From the NCBI GenBank assembly GCA_963720545.1, contig OY970399.1:3008001-3072000 (forward strand): 64,000 nucleotides of DNA, given 5' to 3'. Each line of letters begins with the position of its first letter. Positions within the stretch are counted from its first letter, which is position 1. Both the position numbers and the translations under genes were made by a program. Shown piece by piece: positions 45,925-55,333 of this stretch. The notes under the pieces were generated by a model, which was not told the DNA's origin, made no database searches, and saw only the letters and a list, made by a program, of their open reading frames with translations. Origin of the DNA: an uncultured Acidobacteriota bacterium (GTDB lineage Bacteria > Acidobacteriota > Vicinamibacteria > Fen-336).

Positions 45925-47322
45925 ATGAACACCCACCTTGTGCTGCTCGCGGCGTACGCGTTGCTGCAGATCGGGCTGGGCCTGTGGATTGGCCGCCGGG
46001 TGCGCAGCGCCGGCGACTTCTTCGTTGCCGGGCGCAGCCTGCCGCCGGTGCTGCTGTTCGCGACCCTGGTCGCCGCCAACATCGGCGCGGGCTCCACCGT
46101 GGGCGCCACCGGCCTCGGCTTTCGCGATGGGCTGGCGGCCTGGTGGTGGGTCGGCTCCGCCGCGCTTGGCTCCGCCGTTCTCGGCCTCTGGGTCGGCCCG
46201 CGCATCTGGCGGCTCGCAAAGCAGCACGACCTGCAGACAACAGGCGACTTCCTCGCCTGGCGGTACGGCGAGTCGGTGCGCGGCATCGTCGCGGTGCTGC
46301 TGTGGTTCGGCACAATCGCCATCCTCGCCGGCCAGCTGATCGCGATGGGGCTCATCATCCAGACGGTCGCCGGCGTGCCGAAGGCGACGGCGTGCATCAT
46401 CGGCGGCATCGTCGCGACCTTGTACTTCACGGCCGGCGGCCTGCTGTCGTCGGCCTGGGTCAACATGGTGCAGGTGTGCGTCAAGCTGGTCGGCTTCGGC
46501 ATCGCGCTCGCGGTGCTGTTCACCCGCATAGGCGGCCTGTCCGGCCTGCACGCGGCCACCCCCGCCGGCAGCTACTGGAACTTCTGGTCGGGCGGCGCCT
46601 CGGGCATCGTGTACATCGGCTTGCTGGCACCCGCATTCGTGGTATCGCCGGGACTCATCCAGAAGATCTACGGCGCGCGCGACGAGCGCACCGTGCGCAT
46701 CGGCGTGCTCGGCAACGCGGCCGTGCTGTTCGCCTTTGCAATCGTGCCGGTTTTCCTCGGCATGATCGCGCGCGCGCTGCATCCCGGACTGGCGGCGCCC
46801 GAACTGGCGCTGCCGACGCTGTTCACCCAGGACCTGAGCCCGCTGCTCGGCACCCTCGGCCTCGCCGCCGTGGTCTCAGCCGAGCTCAGCACCATCGACG
46901 CGGTGCTGCTGATGCTCGCGACCTCGCTTTCGAAGGACCTCTATGGCCGCTACATCAACCGGCAGGCGACGAGTGCCCAATTGCTTTTGGTGTCGCGCTT
47001 CGCAGCCGCCGGCGGCGGAGTTCTCGGCGTGGTGCTCGCGATCGTCGGCGAGTCGGTCATCGGCCAGCTGAGCCTGTTCTACGCGGTGCTCGCCGTCTGC
47101 CTGTTCGTGCCGGTGGTCGCTGGCCTCTACGCGCGCCGCTTCGCGACTCCCGAGGCTCTGGCGGCGATCGCCGCCGGCGTCGCGGCGCTGTTCGCCGCCC
47201 GCCTCGGCGGCGGCATCCCGGGGTGGCCGTTCTTCTCGCCATCGCTCCTTGGCATCTGTGCCAGTGCTGTCGCGGGCGTCGCGCTGCTGTTGCTGCGCAA
47301 GCCGACCGTCAGCGCGCGATAA
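45925..47322 (+). CDS. Sodium:solute symporter family transporter
   Basis: DFFVAGRSL, AANIGAGSTVG, YFTAGGL and SAELSTID motifs; about 13 TM helices. Confidence 0.9.
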   Translation: MNTHLVLLAAYALLQIGLGLWIGRRVRSAGDFFVAGRSLPPVLLFATLVAANIGAGSTVGATGLGFRDGLAAWWWVGSAALGSAVLGLWVGPRIWRLAKQHDLQTTGDFLAWRYGESVRGIVAVLLWFGTIAILAGQLIAMGLIIQTVAGVPKATACIIGGIVATLYFTAGGLLSSAWVNMVQVCVKLVGFGIALAVLFTRIGGLSGLHAATPAGSYWNFWSGGASGIVYIGLLAPAFVVSPGLIQKIYGARDERTVRIGVLGNAAVLFAFAIVPVFLGMIARALHPGLAAPELALPTLFTQDLSPLLGTLGLAAVVSAELSTIDAVLLMLATSLSKDLYGRYINRQATSAQLLLVSRFAAAGGGVLGVVLAIVGESVIGQLSLFYAVLAVCLFVPVVAGLYARRFATPEALAAIAAGVAALFAARLGGGIPGWPFFSPSLLGICASAVAGVALLLLRKPTVSAR

Positions 47323-47325
47323 TCG

Positions 47326-48180
47326 ATGCCGATACGCATGCCGGCCGACTCCCTGCCGCCGATTCTCACCGCGCACCTCTTCGCGAAGCTGGAGGCGCTG
47401 CTCATCGAACTGCTGCGCTCGCTGCGGCCCGACGAGTGGGAGCTGCAGACGGTGGCGCCGGCGTGGAAGGTGAAGGACGTTGCCGCGCACCTCCTCGACA
47501 CACAGCTGCGCAAGCTGTCGCTTGCTCGCGACGGGTACGTGCCCGAGTCGGCGTCGCGGGTTGCGTCGGCTGCCGACCTTGCGACCGTCATCAACCGCCT
47601 CAACCACGAGGGTGTCGCCACCTATCGCCGCTTCAGCCCGCAGGTGCTGACGTCGCTCATGGAAGCGGCATCGGCGCAGAGCGCCGCGTATCACAGCGGG
47701 CTCGACCCCTTCGCCGCGGCTGCGTTCGCGGTGAGCTGGGCCGGCGAGTCGCACTCGGCCAACTGGTTCGACACCGCCCGCGAGCTGACGGAGCGCTGGC
47801 ACCACCAGCAGCAGATCCGGCTCGCGGTGCGCAAGCCGGGGATCATGACGCCCGAGTTCTACCATCCGGTGCTCGACTGCTTCATGCGCGGCCTGCCGTT
47901 CGCGTACCGCGATCAGCTGGCTCCGGACGGCACCCTCGCGCAGTTCGACATCGCCGGCGACTGCGGTGGCAGCTGGTACCTGCTGCGCGAAGCATCGACC
48001 TGGCGACTGGTGCACTCACCGCCCGCGCCCCCCGTCTCCCACACCGAGATCCCGCAGGACATCGCCTGGCTGATCTTCACCAAGGGAATGGACCGCGAGG
48101 CCGCGCGCCGCCAGGTGAAGGTCACCGGCAACCCCAACGTCGGCCTCCACATCCTGCAAATGATCGCGATAGTGGGTTAA
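47326..48180 (+). CDS. Maleylpyruvate-isomerase N-terminal / DinB-superfamily protein
   Basis: WELQTVAPAWKVKDVAAHLLD and ERWHHQQQIR metal-binding His pattern. Confidence 0.75.
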   Translation: MPIRMPADSLPPILTAHLFAKLEALLIELLRSLRPDEWELQTVAPAWKVKDVAAHLLDTQLRKLSLARDGYVPESASRVASAADLATVINRLNHEGVATYRRFSPQVLTSLMEAASAQSAAYHSGLDPFAAAAFAVSWAGESHSANWFDTARELTERWHHQQQIRLAVRKPGIMTPEFYHPVLDCFMRGLPFAYRDQLAPDGTLAQFDIAGDCGGSWYLLREASTWRLVHSPPAPPVSHTEIPQDIAWLIFTKGMDREAARRQVKVTGNPNVGLHILQMIAIVG

Positions 48181-48184
48181 CGCC

Positions 48185-48224
48185 ATCTCGAGTCGCACTT
48201 GTCGTTGTTGTTGCGACTCGAGAT
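48185..48224. repeat. Perfect 13-bp inverted repeat in a convergent intergenic region
   Basis: ATCTCGAGTCGCA-N14-TGCGACTCGAGAT. Confidence 0.8.
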
Positions 48225-48363
48225 TGTCGTTGCGGGTGGTCGCTCCCCAGGAAGAGTTCGTTCCAGTCCTCTGTCCCCGTTAGCGGGCACGCATCCGTTC
48301 GTTCACGCCCTTCAGAACGCAGCCGCTGCTCAGACCCTCGGGAACACTCAGGACGTCGCGACG

Positions 48364-49926
48364 CTACGAGGGTTCCAGCACCTGGGTGTACAACACCTCG
48401 CCGGCGACGTTGTGCAGCGTTGCCGTCAGCGTGCGCGCCTTGCCGTCGAGGCGCAGCCCGCCGAAGAACTGCAACCCCTCCGATGGCGGGCGATTCGGCT
48501 TCATCCCCACCGGCACCGACACGAACTTCGCCTCCGGGCCGAACGTTGCATCGAGCGGGTTCGGGCCGAAGGTGCCCGCGTTCATCGGGCCGGCGACGAA
48601 CTCCCAGAACGGCGCGAACTCCTTGAACGTCGCGCGATCCGGATGGTAATGATGCGCCGCCGCGTAGTGCACGTCGCCCGTCACCCACACGACGTTGCGG
48701 ATGTTCTCGTCACGAATGAAACGCAGCAGGCTCGCGATCTCGAACTCACGGCCGAGCAGCGCCGAGTCGGCGTTCGCCACCCCCTCGTAGCGGTCCTTGC
48801 CGTCCGGCACGACGACGCCCAGCGGCACGCCGCACTGCACCACCTTCCAGGCCGCGGTCGTGGCCTTGAGGCGCGCCTTGAACCACGCCATCTGCGCGGG
48901 CCCGAACAGCCGCGTGCTGCCATCGGCCGTCGGCTGGCGGTTGTGGGAGTCGGGCGAGCGGTACGAGCGCAGGTCGAGCGAGAACACCTCGAGGAGCGGA
49001 CCGAACGCGTGGCTGCGGTGGATGCGGCGCAGGTCGGCCCGCGTGGTGCGGATGGGGAAGTGCTCGAGCAGCGCCTGACGAGCACGCGCGGAGAGCAGCG
49101 ACACCCGCTTCTCGGTGTAGCGCGGGTCGTCCAGCAACTGCACCGGGTTCCAGTTGTCGCGAACCTCGTGGTCGTCCCAGATCGCCACCTGCGGCACTTC
49201 CGCATTGCAGCGCAGCACATTCGCGTCCGTCAGGTTGTAGAGATGGTTGCCGCGAAACTGCTCGAGCGTCTCGGCCGGCGCCGACTTCGCTTCGCTGACG
49301 ACGTTTTGCCACAGTGAACCGTCGTCGAGCGTCACCGAAGCCTGCAGCGGCTGGTCGGCATAGACGGTATCGCCGCAATGCAGGAACAGGTCTGGCGACG
49401 CCTTGCGCATCGTCTCGTAGATGCGCATGCCGCCCCACTCCGGGTTGATGCCGAAGCCCTGTCCAGCAGTGTCGGCCGACCAGGTGACGAACAGGTCCGA
49501 GGGCTCGTTCGACGGCACGCGCAACTGCCCCGAAGACGGTTCCCCCAGCGTCCCGTCTTCGGCTTCGAAGCGCACGCGGTAGAAGATGGTCTGTCCCGCG
49601 GGCAGGTCGGTGAGGTCGGCTTTCGCCGTGAACCCCGACTCGATGCCGGCGAGCGAGCCCGCGACCTTGCGTGGCTCGGTGAACTTCTCGGTCGTCGCCC
49701 ACTCCACCTGCATGCGCGACGTGCGGTCGGCGCGGCTCCAGACCATGAAGCGCCCGTTCGCCGGATCGCCGCTCGCAACCCCGTGCGTGATCTCGGGCCG
49801 GGCGCTGCGCTTCGGCGCCAGCGCCGGCGCCTTGCCGAAGGCGCGCGCGGCGGAGGGGACGAGCGCCGCGGCGGCGCTGGCGCTGCCCAGACCGGCGAGA
49901 AAACGCCGGCGGCTTCCGCGGATCAC
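48364..49926 (-). CDS. phoD: Alkaline phosphatase D family protein, Tat-exported
   Basis: Tat signal SRRRFL, then HGVASGD, FLHCGDTVYAD, WDDHEV, DLRSYR and TGDVH. Confidence 0.9.
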   Translation of the reverse strand: MIRGSRRRFLAGLGSASAAAALVPSAARAFGKAPALAPKRSARPEITHGVASGDPANGRFMVWSRADRTSRMQVEWATTEKFTEPRKVAGSLAGIESGFTAKADLTDLPAGQTIFYRVRFEAEDGTLGEPSSGQLRVPSNEPSDLFVTWSADTAGQGFGINPEWGGMRIYETMRKASPDLFLHCGDTVYADQPLQASVTLDDGSLWQNVVSEAKSAPAETLEQFRGNHLYNLTDANVLRCNAEVPQVAIWDDHEVRDNWNPVQLLDDPRYTEKRVSLLSARARQALLEHFPIRTTRADLRRIHRSHAFGPLLEVFSLDLRSYRSPDSHNRQPTADGSTRLFGPAQMAWFKARLKATTAAWKVVQCGVPLGVVVPDGKDRYEGVANADSALLGREFEIASLLRFIRDENIRNVVWVTGDVHYAAAHHYHPDRATFKEFAPFWEFVAGPMNAGTFGPNPLDATFGPEAKFVSVPVGMKPNRPPSEGLQFFGGLRLDGKARTLTATLHNVAGEVLYTQVLEPS

Positions 49927-51017
49927 GGCTTGGCGAGGTCGCGCGCGGCCGGCACGCCCGCCGTGGTCGTCGCCTGGCGCGCCGCGCGCAGCACGGCGTC
50001 GGCCATCGCCTCGGCCGCGAGCGCGCCGATGCGGCTCAGCTGCACATCGGTCACTTCGCCGGCACGGACGCCGGTGGCAAGCGCGAAGATGGCGTCGCCA
50101 TCGAACGGCGTGTGCACCGGCGAGATGGTGCGTGCATAGCCGTCATGCGCCATCTGCGCCACCTTCGTGGCCTGCGCCTTGGTGAGCGCCGCGTTCGTCG
50201 CGACGACACCGATGGTTGTGTTCTCGCCCTTGCGCGAGCGGTCGGCGAAGACCCCGGAGCGGAGCAGCTGGCGCACGTCGGCGAACGACTTGCCATCGGG
50301 CGTGCGCACGCCGGCCACCACCTTGCCGGTCGCCGGATCGACGATGTCGCCCACCGCGTTCACCGCCACGATCGCCGCCACCACCAGGCCGTCCGGCTGC
50401 GCCAGCGCCGCACTGCCGATTCCCGACTTCGTCATGCTCGCGGGGCCGCCCATCTTGCCGACCGTGGCGCCGGCGCCCGCGCCGATGCTGCCCTCGGCCA
50501 CCGCCGCGTCGCTCGCCGCGGCCGCCGCCTTGTACCCGCACTCCGCATCCGGCCGCGGTTTGGCCGCGCCGCCGAAGCCGAGGTCGAAGAGGATCGCGGC
50601 CGGTACGATCGGCACCCGCGCGATGCCGACATCGAACCCGACGTTCTTCTCCTCGAGATAGCGCATGACGCCGGTGGCCGAATCGAGACCGAAGGCGCTG
50701 CCGCCCGCGAGCACGATCGCGTGCACTTTCTGCACCGTATTGGCCGGGTTCAGCAGGTCGGTCTCGCGCGTGCCCGGCGCGCCGCCGCGCACGTCCACTC
50801 CGGCAACCGCACCCGCTTCGGTGAGGATCACCGTGCAACCGGTGGGGCGCTCCGTGAGCGTGAAGTGTCCGACCTTGATGCCGCCCACCGCGGTGAGGCC
50901 CTTGGCGGTGTCCGGTGCAGCCGCAGCCGCTGGTGGGGCGGCAGGGGTCTGCGCGCGCGCAGCGCACGCGAGAACGGCGATCACGACAGCGGCGAGAGGC
51001 AGCAGGCGCTTGGTCAT
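49923..51017 (-). CDS. Peptidase S58/P1 family (DmpA-like)
   Basis: GVDVRGGAPGTRETDLL, GGSAFGL, GAGAGAT, NTTIGVVATNA and HTPFDGD, with a signal peptide. Confidence 0.9.
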   Translation of the reverse strand: MTKRLLPLAAVVIAVLACAARAQTPAAPPAAAAAPDTAKGLTAVGGIKVGHFTLTERPTGCTVILTEAGAVAGVDVRGGAPGTRETDLLNPANTVQKVHAIVLAGGSAFGLDSATGVMRYLEEKNVGFDVGIARVPIVPAAILFDLGFGGAAKPRPDAECGYKAAAAASDAAVAEGSIGAGAGATVGKMGGPASMTKSGIGSAALAQPDGLVVAAIVAVNAVGDIVDPATGKVVAGVRTPDGKSFADVRQLLRSGVFADRSRKGENTTIGVVATNAALTKAQATKVAQMAHDGYARTISPVHTPFDGDAIFALATGVRAGEVTDVQLSRIGALAAEAMADAVLRAARQATTTAGVPAARDLAKP

Positions 51018-51078
51018 GTGCGAATGCTAGCGCCTCATGCGCCGCGAAGGGCGCAGCGGGCGGGCTAAGATCAGGCCC

Positions 51079-51882
51079 ATGGCCAACAGCAGCGATATCT
51101 TCCGGTTCGACGGCAAGACGGTGGCGGTGGTGGGCGCGGCATCCGGCATCGGCGAGGCCGTCGCCACCTTGTTCGCCGAGCGCGGCGCGCACGTCTCGTG
51201 TCTCGACGTCGAGGCGGCGAAGGCGACGGCGCTTGCGGAAGCTCTCGCCAGGCGCGGGCTGCAAGCGGAAGCGGCGGCGATCGACATCCGCGATGGCGCC
51301 TCGGTGCAGCAGGCGTTCGATTCGCTGAGGGAGCGCCAGGGCAGCCTCGACGCGGTGATCTGCACGCCGAGCATCAATGTGCGCAAGACCATCCTCAACT
51401 ACACCGAGGAAGAGTTCGACCGCGTGGTCACCGTCAACCTGCGCGGCAACTTCAACGTGCTGCGCGCCGCGGGCCGCATCATGACGAAAGACGGCAAGGG
51501 CAGCATCGTCCTGTTTTCGTCGATCCGTTCGCTGGTGGTCGAGCCGGGACAAGCGGTGTATGCAGCCACCAAGGCCGGCATCGCGCAGTTGGTGCGCACA
51601 GCCGCCGCCGAATTCGGCCCCTCCGGCGTGCGCGTCAACGCCGTGGGTCCCGGCATCACCGAGACACCGCTCACCGCGCCAATCAAGGCCAACAAGGAGT
51701 GGTACGAGGCCTACGCCAACAAGGCCATCCTGAAGCGCTGGTCGCAGCCGATCGAGATGGCGTATCCGACCTTGTTTCTCGCATCGGATGCCGCCAGCTA
51801 CGTCACCGGCACCGTGCTGTTCGTCGACGGCGGCTGGACCGCGGCCGACGGTCGCTTCCAGCCGCCGGGAATGGGGATGTAG
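51079..51882 (+). CDS. Short-chain dehydrogenase/reductase
   Basis: GAASGIG, YAATK, RVNAVGPG and VDGG. Start moved to ATG 51079. Confidence 0.9.
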   Translation: MANSSDIFRFDGKTVAVVGAASGIGEAVATLFAERGAHVSCLDVEAAKATALAEALARRGLQAEAAAIDIRDGASVQQAFDSLRERQGSLDAVICTPSINVRKTILNYTEEEFDRVVTVNLRGNFNVLRAAGRIMTKDGKGSIVLFSSIRSLVVEPGQAVYAATKAGIAQLVRTAAAEFGPSGVRVNAVGPGITETPLTAPIKANKEWYEAYANKAILKRWSQPIEMAYPTLFLASDAASYVTGTVLFVDGGWTAADGRFQPPGMGM

Positions 51883-51884
51883 CG

Positions 51885-52268
51885 CTAGACCTCGGGCGCA
51901 GTGCCGATGGCGCGCACTTCGATCGGCATGTTGATGGGGCCGCCGGGCCCCGGAGCCGCCGACGCCCTGGCCGCGAGTTCGATGGCGCGGGCCTCGTCGC
52001 GCACGTCCACGATCCACCAGCCGGCCAGGAATTCCTTGGTCTCGGCGAACGGTCCGTCGAAGACCACCGGTGCGCCGCTCCTGGCGGTGACGATCTTGGC
52101 CTTGTCCGGCCATTCGAGCCCCTCGGCCACCACCCACTCGCCGTTCTTCTGCAGTTCCTTGTTGAACGTGTCCATGAACTCGATGTGCTTCTTCAGCACG
52201 TCGGGCGGCCAGGAGAGGAAGGTGTTCATGTCCTTTTGAGTGCCCTGCATCAGCAGCATGTACTTCAT
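51885..52268 (-). CDS. YciI/DGPF family protein
   Basis: MKYMLL start, DGPFAETKEFLAGWW and IEVR motifs. SD AAGGAG upstream. Confidence 0.9.
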   Translation of the reverse strand: MKYMLLMQGTQKDMNTFLSWPPDVLKKHIEFMDTFNKELQKNGEWVVAEGLEWPDKAKIVTARSGAPVVFDGPFAETKEFLAGWWIVDVRDEARAIELAARASAAPGPGGPINMPIEVRAIGTAPEV

Positions 52269-52293
52269 GTTGAATCGCTCCTTCTATGGACAC

Positions 52294-52320
52294 GTCGTTC
52301 GAGCGCCGGCGATTTCGACA
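52294..52320 (-). promoter_or_regulatory. Putative ECF42-type promoter of the DGPF gene
   Basis: Minus strand reads TGTCGA-N17-CGAC upstream of the SD. Confidence 0.6.
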
Positions 52321-52421
52321 GCCAGTCGCAACGAATCCGCAACAAAGCCGCGACAAGACGGCCATCACACCGCCAAATCCTGTGAAAAGGGCTGCAAACG
52401 GCCGCAGAGTATAATGACGAT

Positions 52422-54278
52422 GTGGCGACAACCGAGGCGCCTGTCGAGGGCGCTCGCGTAAAACAGCAGCTCGACCAGGCGGTCATCCGCTTTTGCGGCG
52501 ATTCCGGCGACGGCATGCAGATCACCGGCAGCCAGTTCACCAACACCGCCGCCCTGTTCGGCAACGACATCGCGACCTTCCCCGATTTCCCCGCGGAAAT
52601 CCGCGCCCCCGCGGGCACGCTGCCGGGCGTCTCGGGCTTCCAGGTGCAATTCGGGTCCACCGACATCTACACCGCGGGCGATGCGGTAGACGTCCTGATT
52701 GCCATGAACCCGGCCGCGCTCAAGACCAACATCGCCGACCTCAAGACGAACGGCATCCTCATCGTCAACACCGATCACTTCCAGGATGTGGACCTGAAGA
52801 AGGCGCAGATGAGCGTCAGCCCGCTCGACGATCATTCGCTCGACGCCTATCGGCTCTTCCCGGTGGAGCTCACCAAGCTCACGCACGCAGCGCTCAAGGA
52901 CCTCGGCCTCGACCACAAGAGCATGGACCGGTGCAAGAACTTCTTCGCGCTCGGCATGTGCTACTGGCTCTACAACCGCTCGATGGACGCCACGCATCGC
53001 TGGCTCGAGGACAAGTTCAAGAGCAAGCCGGTGCTGGTCGAGGCCAACAAGCTTGCGATGAAGGCGGGCTACGCCTACTGCGACGCGACCGAAGCGTTCC
53101 AGGAGAGCTACGAAGTTCCCGCTGCGAAGCTGGCGCCCGGCACCTACCGCAACATCAGCGGCAACACGGCGCTGGCGCTCGGCTTCGTCGCCGCGTCCAC
53201 CCGCTCGGGCCTGCCGCTCTTCCAGGGCAGCTATCCCATCACGCCGGCCTCCGACATCCTGCACGAACTCTCCACCTACAAGGCATTCGGCGTGGTGACG
53301 TTCCAGGCGGAGGACGAGATCGCCGCGGTGACCTCGGCGATCGGCGCCGCGTACGCCGGTTCGCTCGCCATCACCACCACCTCGGGCCCGGGCATGGCGC
53401 TGAAGTCGGAGGCCATCGGCCTCGCCATCACCACCGAGCTGCCGCTCGTCATCTGCGACATCCAGCGCGGCGGGCCGTCCACCGGCCTGCCGACCAAGAC
53501 CGAACAGGCCGACCTGCTGCAGGCGCTGTTCGGCCGCAATTCCGAAGCGCCGCTGCCGGTGCTCGCCGCCGCCACGCCGGGAGACTGCTTCTGGGTGGCG
53601 TACGAGGCGAGCCGCATCGCGCTCAAGTACATGGTGCCGGTGATCGTGCTCTCCGACGGCTACCTGGCGAACGGCGCCGAGCCGTGGAAGATCCCCGAAG
53701 TTTCGGAGCTGCCCGAAATCCCGGTTTCGTATCGCGAGGATCCCGAGGGGTTCCTGCCGTACCTGCGCGACCCGCAAACGCTGGCGCGCCCGTGGGCGGT
53801 GCCCGGCACGCCCGGCCTCGAGCACCGCATCGGCGGCCTCGAGAAGCAGGACGTCAGCGGCAACATCAACTACGAACCGCTCAACCACGAGAAGATGGTG
53901 CGGCTGCGCCAGGCCAAGGTGGATGCGGTGGTGCAGGACGTTCCCGACGCGGTGCCGGCCGGGGCCCCCGACGGCGACCTGCTGATCGTCGCGTGGGGCT
54001 CGACCTACGGCGCCATCACCGCCGCCCTGCGCGCGCAGCGCGGCACCGGCCGGCGCATCGGCCATGTCCACCTGCGCCACCTCAACCCGCTGCCGCAGAA
54101 CCTCGGCGAAGTGCTGAAGCGCTACCGCAAGGTGCTGGTTCCGGAGATGAACCTCGGCCAGCTGCGCTTCGTGCTGCGCGGCCGCTATCTCGTGGATGCC
54201 ATCGGCTACAACAAGGTGCAGGGCAAGCCGTTCCTGCAGTCGGAGATCGAACAGAAGATCGACGAGGTGCTCGCGTGA
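52422..54278 (+). CDS. korA: 2-oxoacid:ferredoxin oxidoreductase alpha subunit (gamma-alpha fusion)
   Basis: GDSGDGMQ, PAEIRAPAGT, YPITP, TSGPG and QRGGPSTGLPTK. TATAAT 6 nt before the GTG start. Confidence 0.93.
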   Translation: MATTEAPVEGARVKQQLDQAVIRFCGDSGDGMQITGSQFTNTAALFGNDIATFPDFPAEIRAPAGTLPGVSGFQVQFGSTDIYTAGDAVDVLIAMNPAALKTNIADLKTNGILIVNTDHFQDVDLKKAQMSVSPLDDHSLDAYRLFPVELTKLTHAALKDLGLDHKSMDRCKNFFALGMCYWLYNRSMDATHRWLEDKFKSKPVLVEANKLAMKAGYAYCDATEAFQESYEVPAAKLAPGTYRNISGNTALALGFVAASTRSGLPLFQGSYPITPASDILHELSTYKAFGVVTFQAEDEIAAVTSAIGAAYAGSLAITTTSGPGMALKSEAIGLAITTELPLVICDIQRGGPSTGLPTKTEQADLLQALFGRNSEAPLPVLAAATPGDCFWVAYEASRIALKYMVPVIVLSDGYLANGAEPWKIPEVSELPEIPVSYREDPEGFLPYLRDPQTLARPWAVPGTPGLEHRIGGLEKQDVSGNINYEPLNHEKMVRLRQAKVDAVVQDVPDAVPAGAPDGDLLIVAWGSTYGAITAALRAQRGTGRRIGHVHLRHLNPLPQNLGEVLKRYRKVLVPEMNLGQLRFVLRGRYLVDAIGYNKVQGKPFLQSEIEQKIDEVLA

Positions 54279-55318
54279 GCGTCGCCGAACCCCCGGTCCC
54301 GGAAGCGCCGCGCGCGCTGACCAAGAAGGATTTCCAGACCGACCAGGAAGTGCGCTGGTGCCCGGGCTGCGGCGACTACGCCATTCTCTCGGCGGTGCAG
54401 AGCGTCTTCCCCGAACTCGGCATTCCACGCGAGAAGTTCGTGGTCGTCTCGGGCATCGGCTGTTCCAGCCGATTTCCCTATTACATCAACACCTTCGGCT
54501 TCCACACGATCCACGGGCGCGCGCCCGCGATCGCGACCGGCATCAAGATCGCCCGGCCCGACCTGGACGTCTGGGTGGCAACCGGCGACGGCGACGCGCT
54601 TTCGATCGGCGGCAACCACACGATCCACATGCTGCGCCGCAACGTCGGGTTGAAGGTGTTGCTGTTCAACAACAAGATCTACGGCCTCACCAAGGGCCAG
54701 TACTCGCCGACTTCAGAGACCGGCAAGAAGGCGAAGTCGACGCCCTTCGGCTCCATCGACCGTCCGTTCCTGCCGCTGTCGCTGGCGCTCGGCGCCGAGG
54801 CCACTTTCGTCGCGCGTTCGGTGGACGTGTTCCAGCCGCACCTCAAGGGCGTGCTGAAGCGCGCCGCCGCGCACCAGGGTTCGGCGTTCATGGAGATCCT
54901 GCAGAACTGCAACATCTTCAACGACGGCGCCTGGGACGCGGTTGCCGAACGCACCGTGCGCGACGACCGCACCATCGCTCTCGAACACGGCAAGCCGCTC
55001 GTCTTCGGCAAGCAGCGCGACAAAGGCATCCGCATGAACGGCCTCGACCTCGAGGTGGTGACGCTCGGCGAGAACGGCGTCACCGCGAGCGACCTGATCG
55101 TCCATGACGAGGCGCATCCCAATCCCGCCTACGCATTCCTGCTGTCGCGGATGGACCAGCAGCCCGGCTTCCCGACGCCCATCGGCGTGCTGCGCTGCGT
55201 CGTGGAGCCGGCCTACGAGGCGGGCGTGAACGCGCAGATCCGCGAGGTCCAGGCAAAGCGCGGCAAGGGCGACCTGACGAAGCTGCTGCACATGGGCGAC
55301 GTCTGGGAGGTCCGTTAG
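54275..55318 (+). CDS. korB: 2-oxoacid:ferredoxin oxidoreductase beta subunit
   Basis: WCPGCGD, SGIGCSSR, HGRA, GDGD and YGLTKGQYSPT. GTGA overlap with korA. Confidence 0.93.
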   Translation: MSVAEPPVPEAPRALTKKDFQTDQEVRWCPGCGDYAILSAVQSVFPELGIPREKFVVVSGIGCSSRFPYYINTFGFHTIHGRAPAIATGIKIARPDLDVWVATGDGDALSIGGNHTIHMLRRNVGLKVLLFNNKIYGLTKGQYSPTSETGKKAKSTPFGSIDRPFLPLSLALGAEATFVARSVDVFQPHLKGVLKRAAAHQGSAFMEILQNCNIFNDGAWDAVAERTVRDDRTIALEHGKPLVFGKQRDKGIRMNGLDLEVVTLGENGVTASDLIVHDEAHPNPAYAFLLSRMDQQPGFPTPIGVLRCVVEPAYEAGVNAQIREVQAKRGKGDLTKLLHMGDVWEVR

Positions 55319-55333
55319 CGCCAGCCTCGATCT

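Noticed and set aside
48240..48360. Possible 6S RNA or tRNA in the intergenic gap
   Set aside because: Could not fold a cloverleaf or a full 6S-like rod with central bubble by eye; kept only as an unexplained structured gap.
52493..54274. 941-aa ORF implying a long N-terminal extension of korB
   Set aside because: Overlaps korA in another frame; korB similarity begins at the GTG at 54275.
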